Program-made: the position numbers and the translations under genes
In this document: one piece after another, positions 56,641 through 64,000 of the stretch
How positions within the stretch are numbered: the stretch's first letter is position 1
How the letters are laid out: each line of letters opens with the position of its first letter
The notes under the pieces: generated by a model
Database searches by the model: none
What the model was told of the DNA's origin: nothing
What the model saw: the letters and a program-made list of their open reading frames with translations, nothing else
From: Felis catus
Lineage: Eukaryota
NCBI RefSeq assembly: GCF_018350175.1
Contig: NC_058374.1
Location: 82,460,001-82,524,000, forward strand
Direction: 5' to 3'
DNA length: 64,000 nucleotides

Positions 56641-59545
56641 ACAAGAGATTGGAGATCATCTCTCAACTCCATTCTAGCTGCAAGATTCCCCAGGTCCTAC
56701 AACATTCCTGCCCTAGGCCCTCCACAAGAAGAGAGGCTTACTTGTCAGGGCAAGATTCTTTGTTAGCAGAGGAGCCTGAAAATATCTGTCCCGCCCAAAC
56801 AACAGTGAGCCCTTTTGATCAGCATGCATTAGAGACTTCTGGTCAGGACTGCCACCAAAGGCAATTGTTCCCATCTCTTCCCCCTTTTTGCTACTCTATA
56901 CCAGTCAGGATAGTTCACTGAACCTTCCACGTAATTTCAAACTTCACTTAAGCTAACTTTGTTAGGGGCATCTTTGGCTTCAAAACTAATTATTAAGAAA
57001 CTCAAATCGAACACTGCTGGCCTACTTTTCTCACCTTTACCCAAACATACAGTTGAATAGCAGTGACTTTGTGGGGCCTTTCTATAAACACAGGGCTCAA
57101 ATACTTCAGGGTATACCACAAACCCAGAGAGTATCAGCTCGTGTGCATCACCTAGTGATTTACCTGTTTAGTTTAGCCCCTCCATAGTTTCTTAAGTCTT
57201 AAAATGAGACATGGGAGGGGTACAATTGTTTCTCCTCCCACCTATAAACCTTAGCCTTCTCTCTCTTCTGCAGTCTACATGGGGAGGACAGGGAAGCGCA
57301 AAGAACAAGAGAAAATATTCATCCTTCTGAGATCTAAAAGGAGACAATGAGGTGATATTTTCCCACTCCCCAGACGTTGTGTTTCCAGCTCACACCCCTT
57401 CTTTTTTTAGAGACTGGTCATTCCTAGGATTACCTGGGAATTCATCCCCTCAGCACTGCTCCCCAAGCACTTGGATAATGAAGCTGAGCTGTCTTCGTCT
57501 GTCTTATATGTAGACAGAAGGTCATCATCTACAGCCTGGTGAAAAAAATGAGTCAGACCTTTCTGCTATAAAGACAGACACATGAGCTGAGAAAAGGTTG
57601 GTGGGTTTCCTTCAGAGAGTACTAGGTTGACCCAAAGATCATTTCAGAGCTGCAGATTGCTCAATGTCAAGGTCTGTTTCCTGGAAAGGGGCACGTAGTC
57701 AGGCTGCAGACAATGCCTTATTCCATCTCTTCCCTCAACCATTTACTTTTTTCCTGTCCCCAGTTATGCAAAGCCCCGATAGACCACAGAAGCAGCTATG
57801 TGACTCCAACATGTTTTTGTGTCGCTTTCATTCAGTTCATGGAGGTACAGACAGGAGAGGATGATGCTGTGGGTTTGGTTTACTTGCAGTACCTGAACTG
57901 CTCACTCCCAGGCAGGTGAAAAGTTCTGTCTTGCTAATAACCACCGGGCTACACTTCAGGTCCCAGGTCCTAAGAGAGACCAGAGAAAAGATTGCTACTC
58001 TCGGCTGCAGTTCCGGAACAATAACCAAAAGGATGGCACAAATCCTTGCCACTCTCTCCACCTCCACTTTCTTTCCCAACAATATCCTCCTCGCTACCTT
58101 TCTACACACTAGACCACATGGAGTATATTTTAAATTCCAATTTTGGAGTGTCACTGGATTCTTTGAAGGATTTGAAGAGCTTTAAATACTTGTGATATCC
58201 ATCTTATTTCAGGCTTTCAGAGCTACCACATACAGAAAACTTGACTTTCTGACATTTTTGTCACCCAATAGTGAAAGCCGTGGGGATGTTTTTGTGGAGA
58301 TGAGAAGCTGGGGGTGGTAGCTGATGCCTGACCTGCCCCTGGAAGTCAGACTTTGGATTGGTCATGACCTGGTGCTTGTCTGGAAGTGTGGTGGGAAATC
58401 TTCTGTCTAAAAGGAATGTCCATTCCTGCCCATTCCTGTTCAAATGTGATACTGTGTTGATGGGAGAAAGCCAGGGCCATGGAGGACTCTTGTTACAGTG
58501 CCAAGTGGATTCAAAAGAACAGGGAAGAAAACCTTTGTCTCCGGAGGTTACAATGACCAACCTTTCCTCCCTCACAGAGACGCTTCCTTTTGAATTAGGA
58601 GACTAGCTATTTCTAGTTGCTTTGTATTCAGCTCACTGAACTGAATTTACAGTACATATGTGCCTACCTCCATCACTGAATGATGCCTATGTTGCTATAA
58701 AGCCGGTTTCTTTCCAAGATCTTTGAGCCAAACCTGTCTCGTGTAACTAACTTCTCTCTTTTTATGCCTCCTCCCCCTGCGGTATGTCTCCAATTGGCAG
58801 TGCCTAATTTGACCCAGTTCCTCTAAGGAGGCACTAAGATCTGCCTGCCTGGCCAGGCAGGGGAGGAGGTGCTTTGAGGGGCGGGGAGTGGGAAGGTTGG
58901 GAGGGATGCGCTGCCTGGAGACTTGAACAAACAGTGAAGTACATCTACTGATTTGCTTCTGGCTCTCAGAGCACCAAGATTGGGAACAGCAGAATCTCGA
59001 TCCCCTCTCACTTCCAGGGTTACCAACTTGGCATGTAGACCTGTTAGAGGCAGCCAAATGCTGATTTTGCCCAAGATGTGTCATGGAGCACCTGTTAAGA
59101 GCAATTAAGAAGCAGAAGAGCTCAGTTTACTGCTAGGAACAAAGTCCAACTCAGAAAACAACTCCTTCAGACCCTTCTGGAAATTGTTTTGGGACCATTT
59201 GGGCAGGTGTCCAAGAATCAGATGTACTTCCTGAGCCAGTGCTAGCTGAATGCTATGCTCCAACTGTTTTGCCTACCTAGTGCTTATCTAGCCCCTGGTT
59301 CCTTCGTGTTCTCTCTCTCTGTTTCTCTCTCTCACACACACATACACACACCACACACACATTACATTAATATATTTCTCCCTGTAGAGCCTGCTCTACT
59401 TTTCCTCCTTTTTAAGTAACAGACCCCACTCCCACGGAGGTCATACCAAAGGAAAAGATGCCTTAATTGATGTTAGAACCAGGGGAAAGCAAGAAGATCC
59501 ATGAAGGCCTTGAGTATTCTGACTTCCCAAAAGAAACAAGACAGT

Positions 59546-59707
59546 GGGGCACCTGGGTGGCTCGGTCGGTTAAGGGGCAGACTTTGGCTCAGGTCATGAT
59601 CTCACAGTTTGTGGGTTCGAGCCCTGGGTTGGGCTCTGTGCTGACAACTCAGAGCCTGGAGCCTGCTTCAGATTCTGTGTCTCCCTCTCTCTGCCCTTCC
59701 CCTGCTT

Positions 59708-59756
<49 letters not shown>

Positions 59757-59785
59757 AATAAACATTAAAAAAAATTTTTTTTGAA
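59546..59785 (+). mobile_element. CanSINE with expanded (CT)n and TSD
   Basis: AAAAGAAACAAGA at 59529-59541 and 59787-59799. Confidence 0.88.
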
Positions 59786-61944
59786 TAAAAGAAACAAGAT
59801 GGTTTAATGGGAAGAGCACAACTCAGGAGACCTGTGTTCTGTTCTTTTGTTTTGTTTTGTTCCAGTCTCACCATGAGCCCAGAGACAAGTAATGTCACTG
59901 CTCTGAGCCTCAGTTTCTCCAAGCAGAAAATGGAGGAAATCTTGCCCAGTCTTGCTTCTCCTGTTTGTGTGCATGAGTGTGTATGTGTAGGGAAGCCACA
60001 TGTGGCATCTTAGCTCTTCAGTAGTTTCGAAAAATCCTAAAAGGCAATTATGGAGCTAATGATTCAGAAATGAGAGGGGCCCCATGAGTACCAGACCGCC
60101 CTTCCTCATTCTTTGAATCTCTGACCACCACAGTTCTATGGCTAGTTCCAGGGGGTATGAGTTTGCTAACCACTGTGGACTTGGGCTCTTCTAATCATTA
60201 CCCCTAAGGGAACCTTCAAGGAACCACTTATTATTGTGGCTTGGTCTAGCAGTCTGATCCCAAAGCTGAGACCATCTCAGGGAGGATGTGAAGAAAAGAA
60301 GAACTGAAAATAAATTTAGATAAATTTTTCTTCCACACCCAGGTTTCCTGGGTGAGACTAGGACTCTCTGATGAAATCTAAGGCAGAGCTGCTTTGTGAA
60401 GTGAAGGAAAGCCCATGTTTCAGGCTTTGTCTTGAGACTTTTCAGAAGAGTATGATGTCTCTCGGTGCAAGAGTGACCTGGGGGAAGGGGGAGACAGGGT
60501 AATAGATACTTTTCCCCTGTGCATCCTCCAGAGTCCCCAGTCCTTGCCTCTAACAGTATAGTATTACAAGCAAACCAAATTTTCATCCATCCACCTCAGA
60601 GAGATCCTTCAAAGAGACAGGAATCCTGGTGGCAGCTCCAACTGTTTCCTTTCCCCACTCTTGCACCCTCAAATCTGCCCCTGGAGTATTTATTTTTCAT
60701 TAGGTGACTGGTGAAATCAATTTTGGAGGTATGTAAATTTCTACCAAAGAGATTTTTTTTCTTCCTCCCACAGGCTCCTAAAGAGAGAATTCATTGCAAC
60801 AAATTATCACTTTTAATTGTTCTCAGTTCTTGATTTGTTTAATACTCTACTGCCAATTACTGCTTGCTTCTGTCAAATAGACTAACCTGCATTTTAAATT
60901 CAGGGTTCCCACCCTAAAAAAATAAATAAATAAATAAAACATAGCAACGTAAGTGACAAGAATATGGGGAGAAGCCACTTGAAGATTTAATTTGTTTATT
61001 ATACCTTCGGTAGTGGACTCCACTGAACCTGAGGTGGGCTGCTCTCCTCCATATTTACCTTCCTGTCCCCCACCCTCCCCCACATACCCCCCCCCCAACA
61101 AAAAGAATCCCCTGAGACAGAATCCTGTTTCTTCCTTTTATTACTACCCCATCCTTAAGGTACAGAGCTTCTATGGAGCTGGTTTCTGTGCCTCCAGAAA
61201 GCTGGGCTGTAACCTGTCTCCTTTCCCACAGCATCAGCTCCACCTACAGGAGGAGGGGTCTACTCTCAAAACAACACAACCAAGACCACTCTGGAGTAAA
61301 ACACTGTTTCCACTTCAGAGGCTGGGGAAGCCTGTAGAAGTTGTGGGTTGGACAAGACCCTGGGGTCTGTAAGTCAGGGTACATTGTCTTTCTCATCAGG
61401 ACAAAGTACGAAGTTTTTCATCTTTAGGATAGGGTCAGAGCACACTTGCTAATTCCAGAATGTTAGAAACCTCCTCCCTTCCCAGATCTGGCTTCTGATA
61501 GCAGCTATTTTCTCTTTCAGCAGACTCTAAGATGGATATAGAAGACTGCAATGGCCGCTCCTATATGTCTGGTATGCCCTCTTGTGCATTCTGTTTGTAA
61601 GGGGCTGGGAGCAGACACTCGCCTGTGGAGCAGAGTGGAGAGCCTTCAGCCTAGCACAGGACCTCTGAGTGCCCCAGTCGTCACAGAGCTGCCACTCATG
61701 CTTGGTTTGCTTGGTAGTGTGCATCTATTTTGGTCATTTTACATTCCCTAAATAGTGATTCTCTTCCCAGACTTCTTGGAGGATAAGGGTAGGGGAAGGG
61801 AATAGGAGGGGAATACGAGTGGAGACTAATAGAGAGGAATGATTTAAAAGTAAAGAGATTGAAGGAAGATGTGATTCCTTCTCCTGTTCTCTGAGGTCAC
61901 CAGCCAAACAGGATATTCTATCCTAGCCAGGTAGACAGTGGAGC

Positions 61945-62295
61945 AGCGTTTCAAACCTCAAAGGCCTGCAGGAGCCAGTTGGGTATGTAAATGAGTGAAC
62001 TGGGTTGGGATAATGAGCCGAAGAGAATGTGGGGACTGTCATGGACAGAGAACACATGTCCTACCTCAAGGAGCAACTGCTTCTCGGTGTCCACCAGTCA
62101 CTGCCATGCCAGAATGTGTATCCGGTGTGACCAAAACTTCCAATTTTTCAACAGAATTCAGAAATCCATATTTTATGTGAAATGTCTCCATTTTAGAATA
62201 ATGACTCAATATTTTAAAAAAATGTTCCATGGAGCAAGCCAAACTTATCTATGGGCTGAATTCAGCCAGTGGGCCAACAACGAAGAGCCTTTGAA
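61945..62295 (-). mobile_element. MER102-like hAT-Charlie DNA transposon remnant
   Basis: GTATGTAAATGAGTGAA, TTTTATGTGAAAT, GGGCTGAATTCAGCCAGTGGGCC motifs recalled from MER102. Confidence 0.55.
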
Positions 62296-64000
62296 GGAGC
62301 GATATAGAGCCCACTTCTCATTTCCCCCAGTCCTTTGTCATGGTCATAACATGCTATGGCTTTTCATACCTGCCAAATACTCTTACTGAGGCAGAAGAGA
62401 TCACTGCTTATACTACAAACGGCTTTTAGAGATATGAGAGTAATCAGGGTCCTCTCAGAGTTTAACAACAAGGTGAAAAAAAAATGCGGAATTTTTCTGG
62501 CCCCCTCTCTGAAGGTGCAGAAAAGGGCCTAAGACAGAGTTTGTCTCTAAGACGCAAGGACTCCTTTTTTGGATCATTAGAATGTCAGGGCAGGGAATGA
62601 TTATAAGAGATAAGGGGAGCCAGATTTGGGTTTTGACATGATGAGTATGCCCATCAGAAATCCAAGCACCATTGTAGAAATGACCCATAGCATTTTATTT
62701 TTTATACCCTGAAGTGGGACCAATGGAATTATGGGTACATTCAAAGATGATAGCTAGGTGGGTCAGACACACATATAAGAGTCATTGGCAGCACGTGGGT
62801 AACATAAGGTAAGACACTGACTCTGACCCCTTTCTTATTTAAGGGGGAAGGAGTTGGAATGGATTAAGACATTCGATACCTGCCACACGCTGGACACAGT
62901 GACAGGGATCAAGTGGACTGATTTAATTGAAAGAGATTTTGTTGGAACTAAAATCATGGCCCTTCTGAGGAACCACCCAGTCCTTCTATCTCCTGCTCAG
63001 TTAGGCCTACTCAGAAAACCACTACTGAGCAACAACCACACTCAGGACGCTGTTTTATTGCTGGGGAACACTCAGATAAAAACCAGTCCCTGCCCTAATG
63101 TAGGTAAATGAGAAACTGAGAATGTGGCTGGGGAAATATCCCATGGAGCTCTGTCTCTGGAGAATGCTGGATATTAGAGGAAAGCCCCTAGGGTGGTTGC
63201 TTCACTGTGCTATGAAACCAAATTTTCCCCGCTTTCAGCGGGTTGACATTTCCTAGACAAGAGAAGCCTCTGCACAGCATAGTTTTTGAATGGAAGTAGA
63301 GGCCAGAAACCCCTCATCTGTGTTTCGAGAATTCTAGGTGCCAGCAGCCACCTTAAAGAGAAGGAAAAGGGAAAGCCAAGGCTAACATTAGTTCTGAAAA
63401 GTAGCCCCCGCAGGAATGGGTATGGCTGAGACAGTCCATTTGAGGGGCATCTGAGAGTCTCTAAATGACCCATCTCTCCTGGGCCAATATGCAAGCACTG
63501 GGAAAGGCTGCTGTGTAGACCCCTCCTAAAGCACACTTTGGCCCTTCAAGGTCATCACAGCTCTTCTGTCTTCATACCAGGTGGCCTTCCCTCACCTGGC
63601 CACTTGATGAAGGGAGTATCTCTCCTGTTCTTTAAAGAGATTTTCCCACCTCACAGATCCTGATTCAGAAAATGCATCTTCTCTCCCTTTGTCTCTTTCT
63701 AAAGGTGCAGGTCAGTCCCTCCTGATTGAGAGAGGGAAGAGAAGGGATCCACTAACTTACCACACAGATTTTCTCCCCACCTCCATTCCCTGTCTTTCAG
63801 GGGAAACTGAGTTGCTCAAACCCAGCTCATGCAATTAATTGACTGAGCGGTGTTTTCACAAGTTTTCTGGGACTGTGAACTGTTTAAGGGAACCTTCGAA
63901 AGGGATCCAGGGGTAGGCAGCCCAAAGTTTCACAGCCCCTCCCACCCCCAAATTCTTGGAATCAGAAAATCTAGTCTCCAAAGTAGGTCAGCACGTCAGT

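Overview
Mammalian genomic DNA, very probably from a felid. About 28 tRNA-derived CanSINEs are present, three of them near-identical young copies of the cat-type (SINEC_Fc-like) subfamily. The window is the block syntenic to human 12q13.2: the 3' part of DGKA (+, 20 coding exons), complete PMEL (-, 11 exons, 663 aa), complete CDK2 (+, 7 exons, 298 aa, plus an intact 48-codon cassette exon), RAB5B (+, last coding exon broken by an N-gap), complete SUOX (+, 544 aa), and a CpG-island first exon assigned to IKZF4 by synteny only. I read all exon boundaries by hand from GT/AG sites with frame continuity. Six N-runs hide parts of the RAB5B promoter, its C-terminus and probably its polyA signal. Most interesting observations: (1) the CDK2 long-isoform cassette exon appears to be an exonised antisense L2 3' end encoding a Cys/His-rich insert; (2) a chain of strong minus-strand splice sites could link the RAB5B promoter, through an antisense exon in CDK2 intron 1, to PMEL exon 1; (3) His replaces Arg in the conserved SUOX WHRV motif; (4) the acceptor for the human long PMEL isoform is absent. 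No databases or tools were run; repeat family names and cross-species comparisons come from recall and need checking.
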